Both the position numbers and the translations under genes were made by a program. Below are positions 11,555-23,377 of a stretch of 64,000 bases of DNA, piece after piece. The stretch lies in IMG/VR virus record IMGVR_UViG_3300017963_000016, positions 29,472 to 93,471 of that record; one strand, written 5' to 3'. This DNA is from a virus. The first letter of the stretch is position 1. Each line of letters starts with the position of its first letter. The notes under the pieces were generated by a model. The model was not told the DNA's origin and made no database searches. It saw nothing but the letters and a program-made list of their open reading frames with translations.

Positions 11555-12265
11555 CTATTCATAATAATCCTCCTTATCAAACCATTTGTCTAATGTTAAA
11601 TTTAATTTCTCCCTTTCTTTCTCTAAATCATTTTGTTTATGAAAAAATGATCTTGTAATAGGAGAGAAATTATTTCCTGCTTTAAATATAGCGATTACTA
11701 AAGGGAATGTGGAGCAAGAGCCTGATTTTTTCTTTTTAGTAAGTTTAGTATAACAAGCCTCACATATTCTTTTCTTATTATAGTTTATTGATTTTTGGAT
11801 TAATACTTTACATAAGGAGCATTGGATAAGGAAATTAACTCTTCCCTTACAATATAGTATCATATAAGCTTTCATAATCCATTTATGCCAATATTTTGTA
11901 TCTGTTCTAGGAGGCAAAATCATTACTACTTTAGTATTTTCCTTTTGGCTTTCATTATAAGCTTTTTTAACCCACTCTCCCATTGCTGAATAAGGAGGAT
12001 TGAGGAATATATTATTTCCTCTCCAGGATTTTATTAACCCATTATCCTTTTTGGTAAAATGTTTTTTAGTTAAAGCATTTTCATCAGTGCTAGCAGGGTC
12101 TAAAGTAAACTTAAATTCAGGCTGTTTATTTGTATTCTGAGGAGGAAAAATTAAATTCATTTGTTTTTCTACTAATTCAAAAAACGGTTTTGGAGTTTGC
12201 CAATTATCCAATGAACTTTCATTCCTGGAGTAAAAACCAGGCTCCTCTTTTTTACTATTTAGCAT
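11555..12265 (-). CDS. Phage-type DNA N6-adenine methyltransferase with Zn-finger insert
   Basis: WQTP..FF, LDPAS...NA, DNGL..SW, FLNPPYS, PPRTDT.YWH, GRVNF; CxxC...CxxC insert. Confidence 0.9.
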   Translation of the reverse strand: MLNSKKEEPGFYSRNESSLDNWQTPKPFFELVEKQMNLIFPPQNTNKQPEFKFTLDPASTDENALTKKHFTKKDNGLIKSWRGNNIFLNPPYSAMGEWVKKAYNESQKENTKVVMILPPRTDTKYWHKWIMKAYMILYCKGRVNFLIQCSLCKVLIQKSINYNKKRICEACYTKLTKKKKSGSCSTFPLVIAIFKAGNNFSPITRSFFHKQNDLEKEREKLNLTLDKWFDKEDYYE

Positions 12266-12267
12266 AA

Positions 12268-12684
12268 TTATTCTAATCTCTTTATATTATAAAATTCTAT
12301 TAATATAGGTATTAAAGACTTAGCCTCTTCACTAATTTTTAATTTCCAATTGTTTTTAACGATTAATTTTAAGGTAAAATTATTTACATAAGGTAAGGTA
12401 TTATTTTCTATTGTTATTTTTTTAAACCTATTAGTATTTTTATTTAAATACTTTATCTCTCCATTCTTTAGCAGGATATATCTATTTTTCAAAAGGAAAG
12501 GAAAGGATTGTCTTAAACTAATCCTGAAATGTTTATCCTTTCTCTTAGGATTATAGATTTTTACCAGGAAATCTAAAATATCTTTAATTTTAACAAATTC
12601 CAATAAATCCTCTTGGAATAGATAAATCAATATTCTAGCCTGTCTAAAGGTTATTTTAAATAATTTAAGCATATCCTCCCTCAC
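12268..12684 (-). CDS. Winged-helix-like protein, paralog of 3036..3482
   Basis: ITFRQARILIYL start and shared C-terminal motif. Confidence 0.55.
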   Translation of the reverse strand: MREDMLKLFKITFRQARILIYLFQEDLLEFVKIKDILDFLVKIYNPKRKDKHFRISLRQSFPFLLKNRYILLKNGEIKYLNKNTNRFKKITIENNTLPYVNNFTLKLIVKNNWKLKISEEAKSLIPILIEFYNIKRLE

Positions 12685-13980
12685 TTACTAATTGGATTAT
12701 TATTTCTTTTGTGTATTCCCTCAAAAAAGTTCTTAGCCTCATATTTTAGGTATTCAGCTATTTTCTCTTTTTTATTCTCATATTTGCTTTTATTCTTTCT
12801 TATCATTAAAGTAATATTCCCAATCGTATAATCGTAATCAGGAGTTAGTTCATTTAATTCAAACCAAATACACATCTTTTTAGGTTTATCAATAAAATTA
12901 TCAATAAATTCCTCTGTTAATTCAAAATATTCTTGGAGAAATATTTCAAAATCTTCATAATTACCAATTACTAAAGTATATGAATCCTCAATCTTATTCA
13001 TATATCTATCTCCATTCCTTTTATGGAAAGCTAAGAATAATTCAAATTTTAAGAACATTTATTTATTCTCCTCCTTTAGCTTTTTAATCTCAGGAATGTT
13101 AGTATCTATTACTTCTTTTAGCAAGAATACATGACTATTATTGAGAAAATACATATTACTTTTCAATTCAGGGAATGTAATATCAAAATCAATTACAATT
13201 CCCTCTCCCTCTTCTATACATGAAAGAAAGTCATATTTACATTCTTTACTAAATCTTATCTCATAACAATTTAATTTTATGAAATAATAAGTATCCCATA
13301 AACTTAATTCCTTTATTTTTTCCTCTGCTATTGTCTCTTTAATTAGTCCAATAATCAAATCAGTTAAATAATTTGGTTTGTCATAGTTCTTTTTGAAAAG
13401 TTCACTACAGCTTGATATTTTATTCCTTAAAGGATGTTTTATTTTTTCAAATAGCTCCATTTTCATTCTATCCTCTTTTTAATTGGAAATTTTTTCTCAA
13501 TTTCATTATTGTAATATTCTGATAATTCTTTTCTTAATTTAGCAAATTTAGAATCATTATCTATTCTGATATTTTTATCCATAATAAGATTCATATAGAA
13601 ATGATTAAGAAAAATCTCAAATTCATGTAAAACACTAAAAGATTTTTCACATTTAAGATTCTTATAATTATCTTTATGGAATTTTATTCTCTCCTCTAAA
13701 TAATCAATAATATCCTCAAATTTAATCAATTCCTTAGGCATATTAAATCCTCTTAATGTTATTATCATTAAACTTATTTCCAACAGGCATTATCTTATTG
13801 ATTAACGTAATTGAAATAGAAGAGATATAAATTCCATTCTTTATAAATTTATAACAGCCATTATCAAATTCATAAGAGCTAGCCCAAATCTGAATAGGAA
13901 GTTCTATATTCTTTAGATAAACTAGATATTGATAAACTTTAGTTTGTTTTCTGTTTTTCTTGATTTTCTTGATTTTCATT

Positions 13981-14211
13981 TTAATCCTCTAATCTAATAC
14001 ATTCTCTTTTATCTATTAATCCCTGTTCTTTTAACTGAACTATGGCCTCTTTAAAATCCGAGCTTGAGAAAGATATATGCCATTTATCTTGTATCCTCTC
14101 TTCCAAATTATCTATTGGCCAAAACTCAGTATTATTTTTTGAGAAGATATCTGAAGTAAAAAAATCTAATATATCCTCCTTTAATCTCTCAATTACTTCC
14201 TCTTTTTTCAA
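13981..14211 (-). CDS. Small winged-helix protein
   Basis: FKEAIVQLKEQGLI...IRL. Confidence 0.45.
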   Translation of the reverse strand: MKKEEVIERLKEDILDFFTSDIFSKNNTEFWPIDNLEERIQDKWHISFSSSDFKEAIVQLKEQGLIDKRECIRLED

Positions 14212-16218
14212 TTTAATTTCCTCCTGGTATATGTATAATAATCTTTCTTTTGGGAAATTTATTTAGATATTTGTTTTGTAATATCAAGCATATACAGGGA
14301 TTAAACCCACATTTATTACATCCCATTTCTAAGCCTCCAATTTTTTAAATAAGTAATCTCTATAAGAAATATATCGGTTTAATAACCATTTATAGCTTTT
14401 AATAGTTGATAAAGTTGTTTTACTCTTACATTTTCGGTCTCTATAAAAAAATGTTTTTCTAGTTAATTCTCTTAAGATATTTTTTGTTTCTTGGAAAAAA
14501 TTATCATAAGTTATTTTTCTATAATACTTACATTTATATTTTCTCAGAAAGTTGCCAAACTCAGAGATTACCTTAGGAGATTTACAGCCTAAGCATATTA
14601 TCCCATCCTCATCAGGCTCAGGAGAGATATAATTATTACAGATAACACATAAACATTTAGGAAACATTACAGAATTACATTTTTCACATCTAATAAATCG
14701 ATCAATTCTTTTCACTTTACTCATAGTTAAATCCCATATTCTTTTTTTATAATTCTAATTAATTCTTGTATTAATTTATCTATATCAGAGCCATATACAC
14801 ACATAGAGCCAATAGGAGTAATTGGATATATATGTAATTCCCATAACTTATTCTCATTTATACAAATATCCTTATCATTCAATATAAAAACAAAATTCCT
14901 ATGTTCTTTATACTCCTCAAGATATTCTTTAACAGTTCTATGTTCAATCTTATGATCATTATAAGTAATTATTACATTACAGTATTTTTCTAATTCTTTT
15001 AACATAACTCTCAAATCCATTTACAGCTAGGATATTTAGCTTTTAATTTTTTATATTCCTCAGATTCTTTAAACCCTTTGGCAAAAAACCTGGTTTTGTT
15101 TAAAATTACTTTTATTAATTCATTCAATAGTTTTTCTTTAGTGAAATCCTTATAGACCTCATAAATTTCCAAAAGCTTTTCTTTTTTTAACTTCCTTAGC
15201 TCTCTTTTGTCGACAATCTTAATAAGCTCATCCCTTTCTTTTGTTGCTTTCTCATCTATCTCAAATGTAGAATAATCATTACAATCATTACATTTTTTTA
15301 CTCCTAAAAAACAATCTACATTTGAATTACTACAATCTTTTTTCATTTTGTTTTATTCCTCCACTAATTTAAAGATTTTTAATATTTCTTCATTGATACA
15401 ATATAAATCCTGCTCTTCAATAAGCTCCTGCTTATCTCCAAAAGCCTCAGTAAGAATATCCAGGATTTTTTTCTTTAATCCTTTTATTCCTTTATTCTTT
15501 TCCTCTTCTATTGATTTTAACATCTTATTAGCCTCAGCCATAATATCATTTAAATTCTTATCTAATATATTTTGATTTGCCTCAAATACAGCTTGAATAG
15601 AAATACATAAATCTCCAATGAGATGAATATCTAAAGGCTGTTTCTGAATTAGATTAATCCATAAAACTTTTGAAATAACAAAAAGCTCCTGGAACTTATT
15701 TTTGGAAATGTGAATTAAATTATTCCAATTAATTGTTGGTTTAGGCATATCTATCCTCTTTTATTATTGTTTGATTAAAATCCTCCATGTTTATTACATG
15801 GAAATTATTTGTTATTGGCTCATCCCTGATCTCAAATCCAATGGAATTGAAATAGTCTCTACATTTTCTAACATCATTTATTCGATTTTTAAAATAATTG
15901 GTAATTTCTGAGCTTGAAGAAAACAGTCTATTTTGATCTCTCTTAAAATTAAAAACAATAGAATACATATTAATCTCAACAGATTCTATGCCTCCAAAAT
16001 CAGCCTTATTTATATAAACATAATATTTTGGTCTTGGCCAATTATTTAGAATAATAGGTTTAAATTTAATTTCTTCATTATTGATTATTTTAGTTTTAAC
16101 TTTATATGAATCATTCTGTTTAATCGGTATATATTTATTAAGCCAATTAGGTATTGAATCTAATGGTAATCTAAAAGAAAGATTATGTATTTCATATTTC
16201 CCTAATTCCTTACTTAGT

Positions 16219-16542
16219 TTAGGCATATTTATCCCTCTTATATTTTATATTATATTTTTTTAATAAAGTTCTATATAGATTTTGCCATTCTTCTCTATGG
16301 AGTCTATTATCCTCATTATTCGGCAATAAAGCATGAGTAATTTCATGAATAAACCATTTTTTAATATCATTACTAGTTTTATCTAAATATATCAGCTTAA
16401 GATCATTTATACATTCATTCTCTCCTTTAATTTCCCATAATTCTAATTCCCAATCTTCTAAATTATTTTCTCTGCTTACAATTTCAATAAGTTTAATTAA
16501 ATCCTCTGATATATATTCTTGTTCTATATTCCTTATTTTCAA
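16219..16542 (-). CDS. SprT-like HExxH zinc metalloprotease minimal domain
   Basis: FIHEITHAL......H.EEW. Confidence 0.65.
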   Translation of the reverse strand: MKIRNIEQEYISEDLIKLIEIVSRENNLEDWELELWEIKGENECINDLKLIYLDKTSNDIKKWFIHEITHALLPNNEDNRLHREEWQNLYRTLLKKYNIKYKRDKYA

Positions 16543-16887
16543 TTCAATTCCCCCTTTTTTTTATAGATAAGTAAATCTCATAATAACTCTTAGGATTTCC
16601 AATTTCCATAGTTAAATTATTCTTCCTTAAGAATTTGGCTAATTTATCATATTGCTCTGAAAAGATAATAAATTCCTTAATAAATATTCTATTATCAATT
16701 ATTTGAATTGAATCTATATATCCCTTAAATGCTCTCTTGATAAATTCATTAACATTAATATCCTCATATATTTCCTGGAGATTATTTATTCTCCAATATT
16801 TTTTTAAAAACTTTTCTACCAATTCATCAGGTAATTTTTTCATCTTAATCCTCCTATTAAAAAAAATGAGGAGCAAAGCTCCTTTTA

Positions 16888-17394
16888 TTAAATTATACAT
16901 TGTTGAGGCTCCTGGATTGTAATTCCAAATTTAGATTTTATCTTTTTGATATTTAGAGTTTCTAAATCCTCTAACTCTAGCAAAATTACTTTGTCTAAAT
17001 GGCTTTTACATAGTCTTACTTTCCATGTTTCGCTAAAGCCATAAGGAAATCTACCAATTTCCTTACAGCCAATTACCTCACATTCATTAAGCTCTGAGTA
17101 AATATTATGCTCCACTAATAACCATTCTGGATTCTCATATCTAGGCTCATTGATTATTTTCTCTTGGAGATGTAATTCACATAACCAAACTTTATTGATT
17201 ACATCTAAGCCATAAATAGCAACTCCCTCATTTTTACAGTAAAAACAGCTAGGCTTATCAGGATTAGGCCCTAGCTCATCGGTCTCAGCCTCTCCAAACA
17301 TTAAACTATAATGCTTGGAGACTTTAGATTTATCCCTGATATTCAATTCTCTCTTACTCAGGCTTACTAATTCCCATTCCTCTATTGAATACAA
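16888..17394 (-). CDS. Protein with two Cys/His Zn-finger-like repeats
   Basis: CFYC...LCELH and CEVIGC...LCKSH. Confidence 0.45.
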   Translation of the reverse strand: MYSIEEWELVSLSKRELNIRDKSKVSKHYSLMFGEAETDELGPNPDKPSCFYCKNEGVAIYGLDVINKVWLCELHLQEKIINEPRYENPEWLLVEHNIYSELNECEVIGCKEIGRFPYGFSETWKVRLCKSHLDKVILLELEDLETLNIKKIKSKFGITIQEPQQCII

Positions 17395-17750
17395 ATTAAT
17401 TCCTCCAAATTATTTGTTTTGTTAATCTATAAGGTTTTATATATATCCTTTCTTCTTAAGAAAAGTATATAACTCCTCTATAAGACTTTCTATAGTTTTT
17501 TTAATATCTCTTATCTTTATTTCAGATATAGAGACTAACTTTTGTAAAACAGATTGATTTAAGGGAATTAAAACCTTAATTGGAGATAAATATTGCTCCA
17601 GGCTTATTCTCTTATTAGACTCTGTTATTACCGTTATATTATCACATTTAGTTAAAAGCTTTAGAGTATAAGCTAAGTTTATCTCTTTTACTTCTAACTC
17701 TTGGTTAAATTCATTCATACTTTTTATTTCAAACATGATTATTTAAACTT

Positions 17751-18071
17751 CTATTTTATTCTTGTTAATTCTGGAAATTCTTTAAACATCTTGTTTAATC
17801 CATTTTCTAACATCTTTAAAGGAGTTAATTTAATAAAACTAAAAATACACATATCCTGAGGAATCTTAAAAATTCCTCCATAAAAGATATAACTAATAAC
17901 AGCTCTTGTAAATCTCCCTGTATATTGTTTTTTATCAGGATTATATTCTCTTAAGCATATAAAATCTCCTTTCTTAAAATCCCGATCATTTAATCTAACT
18001 TCAAAAGTTTTATTATTTAGTTCAATCTCTTCATAATATATAGGCCATACTTTTAGTTCATGCTCAGCCAT
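17751..18071 (-). CDS. DUF3850 / ASCH-PUA domain protein
   Basis: HELKVWP.YY.....KTFEVRLNDRDFKKGD..LREY.....YTGR. Confidence 0.9.
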   Translation of the reverse strand: MAEHELKVWPIYYEEIELNNKTFEVRLNDRDFKKGDFICLREYNPDKKQYTGRFTRAVISYIFYGGIFKIPQDMCIFSFIKLTPLKMLENGLNKMFKEFPELTRIK

Positions 18072-18156
18072 GATTTTTTGCCTCCTGGTTTTTATCTTTA
18101 ATTTGATTTCCGAACATCCCCTTTCTTTTATCCCCTCTTGTTTTTTTTAGCATTAT

Positions 18157-18654
18157 TTATTCCTCCTGTTTATCTTTAGTTTTCTCTTCATTTAGTTCCT
18201 CAAGAGGAAATAATTTTAAATCCTCTCCATTCAGGATATGAGATTGAAATTTCTGCTTTCCTCCTGCTTTCTTATTTAAGTCAATTGGAGGAATGTGTAT
18301 CTCAAACATGCCTTTCCTAATAATTGCAGGAGAAAATTTCTCAGGCTCAGTAATTATCTCAATATAATCTTTCTGAGATAGCTCCTCAAGAATATCAAAA
18401 GCATATCTAATTAATTCTATATTAAAAATACTTTTTCCTGGTTTAGAGGTCTCAAAGTCTCCATAAAAGGAGCCTTCACTTCTAGGGCATAATAAAAGAG
18501 TATGTGTTTTATTTACTATAACTCCCTCCATTTCATAGAAAGTCTCTGATTTTATTCCCATGCCTATAAAATCCTCATTATCATTATTTAATAGGCTTAA
18601 AACATAAGTAATCATTTGTTTATCGAATCTAGGATATTTTTCATTTAAAGGCAT
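18157..18654 (-). CDS. Possible single sliding-clamp-fold domain protein
   Basis: FNIELIRYAF...IEI...SPAIIR....IHIPPI resembles beta-clamp/PCNA C-terminal pattern. Confidence 0.35.
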   Translation of the reverse strand: MPLNEKYPRFDKQMITYVLSLLNNDNEDFIGMGIKSETFYEMEGVIVNKTHTLLLCPRSEGSFYGDFETSKPGKSIFNIELIRYAFDILEELSQKDYIEIITEPEKFSPAIIRKGMFEIHIPPIDLNKKAGGKQKFQSHILNGEDLKLFPLEELNEEKTKDKQEE

Positions 18655-19235
18655 TAAATTTCCTCCAGAAATTCTTTTACATCTTTTATATTCTTTTTAT
18701 CAGTAAATAAGAAATCCTTTCCAACATTTTCTCTAAATCTAAGAAAGTATAGGCAAGATTGAGCAATATGATCGACTAATTGAGTAAGCTCTTGAAAATT
18801 CCCTAATTCCTGTTTATCCCAATCCACTAAGTTAAGCTTTTCATAGGTTATTTTGAATCTTTCTTTCAGATCATTTATATCTGTATTTTTCCAAGAATAA
18901 CCATTTTTTAGATGTTTATCTTTCAGCCTATTAACTATATAAAGGGATACTTTTCTAATTAACATCTCATAAATTCCATAGGTTTTATTATGTTTATCAA
19001 AAAATTCAGCCATTAAAGAATCTTCTAACAATCTTTCAAATTCATTATTGTATTGTTTTATTATTTCCTGAAATTCATGGATATTAAATTTAAACTCTTG
19101 GCCATGATGGTTTGATAAGATAATTTCTACTCTTCCTAAATAATTAATGTTTAGATTAATTCTGTAATCCATTTTTTTTCTCAGCCTCTTTTTTTATCTC
19201 CTAAGAGTTTAATAAATTAATTTCTTTTGGTTTTA

Positions 19236-20132
19236 TTATTTTAGCCATTTTTTTTTTTCTCCTGGTATTTTTTCTAAATTTATTCTAATATCTAATATGC
19301 TTTTGATAAATTCTGAAAGAAAATTATTAATTTTATTAATCTCTAATTTATCCTCAGGATTTCTAACTCCTGATTGAGTATCAATTGAAAAATTGATATT
19401 TCCTAATAATTTATAGATTTTCTTTATTTTCTTATAAATATTTGATTCGTTAAGTCCTCCCGCAAATCCAACATTATAATTAGAATGTAATCCATTATTG
19501 AAGACTTTTCTATAAATTTCTTGGTTTTTATCTAAATTAATTTCAGCTCCAAAACCTAAGGATTGATCAAAAAGAATATAATCGAAAACTTGATATTTTC
19601 TTACAAAATTTTTTAGATTGAAATTCTTATGATATTTTCTCCTGAATTGAAATATTATTTTTAATCCTGGAAATCTCTTTCTAATTTTTAAAATCTCTAA
19701 AGGATTAGGAGATTCTATATTTAGTTGGATTCCTCCAATTAGATTATTTAGATTTACTAATCTCTCTCTTAAGTCTATTGAATTAGCTGAAAATTCCCTC
19801 TGTTGTTTTAGAGGAATGGCTATTGGTAATTTCAATAATTCTGTTATTTCTTTAGAAAATGCCTGATTATTTTCTGTATAGTAATGAATTGTTTTGAATA
19901 TTGGTTTGTTAAATAAATAGATTAAATTATTATATAATTCTTCCAGAGTTGGTTTTTTCTTACTTTCTAAAGCATAATCCTCAGTTTTGAATTGGTAATT
20001 AACTAAATAACCTATCATTCCAAAATGGGAGAATTGGTTATCTAACAGATTGTAATATTTAAATTTCTTAAAAACAGCCTTAGTTTGACTAAGGGTTTTT
20101 ACTCCTGTTATACCTATATAATTTTGATTCAT
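19236..20132 (-). CDS. Phosphoribosylanthranilate isomerase-like TIM barrel
   Basis: YIGITGV, IQLN, ILFDQSLGFG, GFAGGLN..NI, IDTQSGVR. Confidence 0.75.
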   Translation of the reverse strand: MNQNYIGITGVKTLSQTKAVFKKFKYYNLLDNQFSHFGMIGYLVNYQFKTEDYALESKKKPTLEELYNNLIYLFNKPIFKTIHYYTENNQAFSKEITELLKLPIAIPLKQQREFSANSIDLRERLVNLNNLIGGIQLNIESPNPLEILKIRKRFPGLKIIFQFRRKYHKNFNLKNFVRKYQVFDYILFDQSLGFGAEINLDKNQEIYRKVFNNGLHSNYNVGFAGGLNESNIYKKIKKIYKLLGNINFSIDTQSGVRNPEDKLEINKINNFLSEFIKSILDIRINLEKIPGEKKKWLK

Positions 20133-21016
20133 ATCTCTATATCTACCTCTATTGAGTAAATTCTAAAAATTGGATTTTTGAGAATTTCTATTAAACAATC
20201 CCTGCAAACTAATTCTATTTTTTTTATTTCAGTTTTAATGGAATAATATTTTGTAATAAACATATCTGTTTGATTATGATTACAAATATTATATTCTGTA
20301 TTCTCCATTTCCATAAAGTTCTTTTTTCTTAACCATTCTATTGATCTCAATTTCCTCCCTCTTTTGTTTTAAAAAACTCATTAAACTTTATACAGGGTTT
20401 ATGATCTGAGTTTTTACCTGTAAGATTGTTATTTAATTTCTGAGAATATTTGGCTGAGCTTGTTATAAACATAAAACCCTCATCCTCAGTATAATATATT
20501 AGACAAACAAAATTATCTCTTTTCTCAAATCTCTGAGTTGGAATAAAACCATAAAAAACTATATAACCCTCTCCCTCAATTACTCTATCCCATTCGATTG
20601 GTATTCCTTTAGAAAAGGCCTCTATTTCCTCCAAAAGCCATTGCTCTAATTCTTTTAGTATATTACATTGCTTTCCTAAACTCTCTATACAAAAAAGATC
20701 ATCAATTACTACTCCCTTATGGGAGCAATTGGAATGTTTGTCTAAATACGGGCAATTTTTATAATTCATGGCCTAACTCCTGTTTTTTCAAAAAGGTCTA
20801 ATATTTTTACTCTATTTATATTAGTTAATTTATTAAGGAGTTTTACTGAAATTGATAAGTCTTTAAGCTCTTGAATTTTCTCCTGGTTAAAAACCTGATA
20901 TATATCATTAATATCATTAATAGAGATTTTTAAACATTCCAGGAAATCATAGTATCCTCCAAAACCAATTTTTCTTAGTAGATTGTCTAATTTATTCCAT
21001 TCTTCCTTATTTAACT

Positions 21017-21664
21017 TCATAGATCAAAATCTTCCTCCTCAGGATTATTCTCTAATTTTTTGAAAATTGTTAAAATTCTTTCTTGATGTTCTATAAGAAT
21101 GGGAGATTGATTGATTAAGCTCTTTAATCGGTTTTTCTTATTTTTCTTTCTAAAGCAATTACAACATAATATGTTATTTTCGATAGAGATTTTAAAATCA
21201 TACTTATTATCTTTTATTTTATTAAAGATTTCAAATATAAGAAATAATGCTGTTTGGCTATGTAATTTATCATTACATTTCATACAATAGTTATATTTCT
21301 CTGAAAAATCTTTAAATTCTTGATCATTGATTTTACAAACTATTTGGAATATACAATACTCACAATATCCTGAGGATAATGTTTCTATTTTATTGATTTC
21401 CTTTATATCTGAATTTGTTATGTTCAATTTCCCTTTAATTGAGTTTATACAATTATCTTTCATTTCAAAATGAAATTGCTCTATATAGTTTTGGCATTTT
21501 ATATAATCTTCCTCATCTATCTTTAATATTGGGAATATCTTATGATTTATATTGAGATTTTCTTTAATTAATTTTATTTTTCTCTCAGTTTCCTCTAATT
21601 GCTCATTATAGCTATAAATCATGGCCTCTTTTATGATATTTATTATTCTTTTCTTATCCCTCAT
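21017..21664 (-). CDS. Cys-rich protein with CxxC...CCxC mini-domain
   Basis: CMKC...ILCCNCF. Confidence 0.5.
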   Translation of the reverse strand: MRDKKRIINIIKEAMIYSYNEQLEETERKIKLIKENLNINHKIFPILKIDEEDYIKCQNYIEQFHFEMKDNCINSIKGKLNITNSDIKEINKIETLSSGYCEYCIFQIVCKINDQEFKDFSEKYNYCMKCNDKLHSQTALFLIFEIFNKIKDNKYDFKISIENNILCCNCFRKKNKKNRLKSLINQSPILIEHQERILTIFKKLENNPEEEDFDL

Positions 21665-21671
21665 CTTTATT

Positions 21672-22403
21672 TTATTCCTCCTTTATGTTATGCTCTACTT
21701 TATCAGGCTCAGCATTGGCTTTCTTTTTGAAAATGCCTGTATTTCTCTCATCTCCAAAAGAAATAACATTTTTAATCTTTTTTGAATAACTAGGATTTAT
21801 ATCTTCTTTTGAAAGTTCCTCTTTAAACTTCCTGGAATAGTAATCATTAAACTCCTCCTTACTAAGCTCTATTTCATGATCTAAATGATTATAAACATAT
21901 TTTCTTTCAAATAACACATTGAAGTTGGAGGAGCCATTTTTCAATTTCAAATAGCTGTAAAATTCCTTTCGATAATCAGAGCCTAAGAGTAATTGGAGGA
22001 TTATAATATCAACATTGGTAAAAATATTATCAGTATAAATATAGATGTGATACCCATGCTTAGTATCATAAACCTCTATATCTTTTACAGAAATACCTAA
22101 ATACTTTATAATCCAGGCTCTATTTAGAAATTCATTCAATTCATTCTCAGAATCTAAATCTAACTTAATAATTGGATTCTTTTGCTTTTCAAGAAAAAAC
22201 TCCAGGTAATTTATAATAATAATGGGTTTTTTTGTTTCATGATCATTTTTTTCCTGGTTCATAAAATTTGATTCATGAAATTTTGGTTTGAATTTTATTT
22301 CTATATCTTCTAAATCAGGGAATTGTTTTAGAATTGTTTGTTTAACCTCTCCCTGTAAATATTTCTCAATAACTCCTAATATAGTATTTTGAAAGCTCTC
22401 CAT
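21672..22403 (-). CDS. Possible minimal archaeo-eukaryotic primase (AEP)-like domain
   Basis: KLDLD, T.HGYHIYI, LLLGSD..KE motifs. Confidence 0.45.
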   Translation of the reverse strand: MESFQNTILGVIEKYLQGEVKQTILKQFPDLEDIEIKFKPKFHESNFMNQEKNDHETKKPIIIINYLEFFLEKQKNPIIKLDLDSENELNEFLNRAWIIKYLGISVKDIEVYDTKHGYHIYIYTDNIFTNVDIIILQLLLGSDYRKEFYSYLKLKNGSSNFNVLFERKYVYNHLDHEIELSKEEFNDYYSRKFKEELSKEDINPSYSKKIKNVISFGDERNTGIFKKKANAEPDKVEHNIKEE

Positions 22404-22413
22404 TTTTTTAACC

Positions 22414-23169
22414 TCATTGAATTAAATATGGTATATACTTTAATTTTAATTTAATATTTCTTAGCTCAGTTTGGATTTTCTGAATAAAGGCTTTTGTTTT
22501 TTCAGTTCCCGGATTATTTAGATTACATTTTTTAGTGTCAAACCCTAAATAAATTTTCTCAGGATTAATTTGTTTTATTAAATCGAAAAATTCTTCTAAA
22601 TCAAAATCTAGTATTGGCTCTATGGTTATCCTCTTCCTTTCATGTTCAATCTCCAGGAAGTCTTTAAATCTCTTTATTGGTAATGGAGCTTTTGATATTA
22701 AATCATATCCTTTTTTTTTAAACTCTTCAGGAACTTTAAAGTATTCTTTATCTCTATTAGTCTCAAGAGTAATGCCTAATACTGTATTCTGAGGAAAATC
22801 ATATTTATTAAAACATTCTGGAGCTTTTGATTGAAAAAAGAATGTTTTGGCTTGGAGTTTTTTAACTCTTTCTAAAATAATATTTATCCATAGCTCCTCT
22901 GAAAAATAAATATCAGAGGAGGAATTAACCCAAATAAACTGATCTCCACTAGTTCTAGGTAATGAATCAAATAATCTTTCATAGTGAAAGTGAGGCTCAT
23001 AGAGATAACATTTACTTTCTCCTAATTCTTGGTTTATATACCTACAGTTATGCCTCTGTCTTTTCATAGTCTTTTGAAATGATTTACTACAGTATAAACA
23101 ATCAAATTTACAGCCTATGCAAACATTCCATTGTTTTTTAGAATCTGAATACATATTATTCTCAGGCAT
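22414..23169 (-). CDS. DUF5131 (gp37/gp68-like) radical-SAM-related protein
   Basis: WNVCIGCKFDCLYC (CX3CX2C), SSDIYF, FQSKAP, GITLET, ITIEPI. Confidence 0.85.
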   Translation of the reverse strand: MPENNMYSDSKKQWNVCIGCKFDCLYCSKSFQKTMKRQRHNCRYINQELGESKCYLYEPHFHYERLFDSLPRTSGDQFIWVNSSSDIYFSEELWINIILERVKKLQAKTFFFQSKAPECFNKYDFPQNTVLGITLETNRDKEYFKVPEEFKKKGYDLISKAPLPIKRFKDFLEIEHERKRITIEPILDFDLEEFFDLIKQINPEKIYLGFDTKKCNLNNPGTEKTKAFIQKIQTELRNIKLKLKYIPYLIQ

Positions 23170-23377
23170 ATTTCTTACACTTCCTTATTTTTCTTTTTAT
23201 TTATTGAATCAAATTTACAGCCAATAATTACATTCCAATTTTTTAGTGAATCTGAATAAATATTTCCTATATATACTTTCTCAGGATTAATATTTTTTAT
23301 GTTGGATAGAACTTCCTCTAAATCAAAATCTAGTATTGGCTCTATGGTTATCCTCTTCCTTTCATGTTCAATCTCCA
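22595..23377. repeat. 61 bp exact direct repeat (22595-22655 and 23317-23377)
   Basis: TCTAAATCAAAATCTAG...TTCAATCTCCA is identical in both copies. Confidence 0.95.

Noticed and set aside
19236-20132. Genuine trpF of tryptophan biosynthesis
   Set aside because: No other trp genes are present and the protein is long and divergent, so it is only called PRAI-like.
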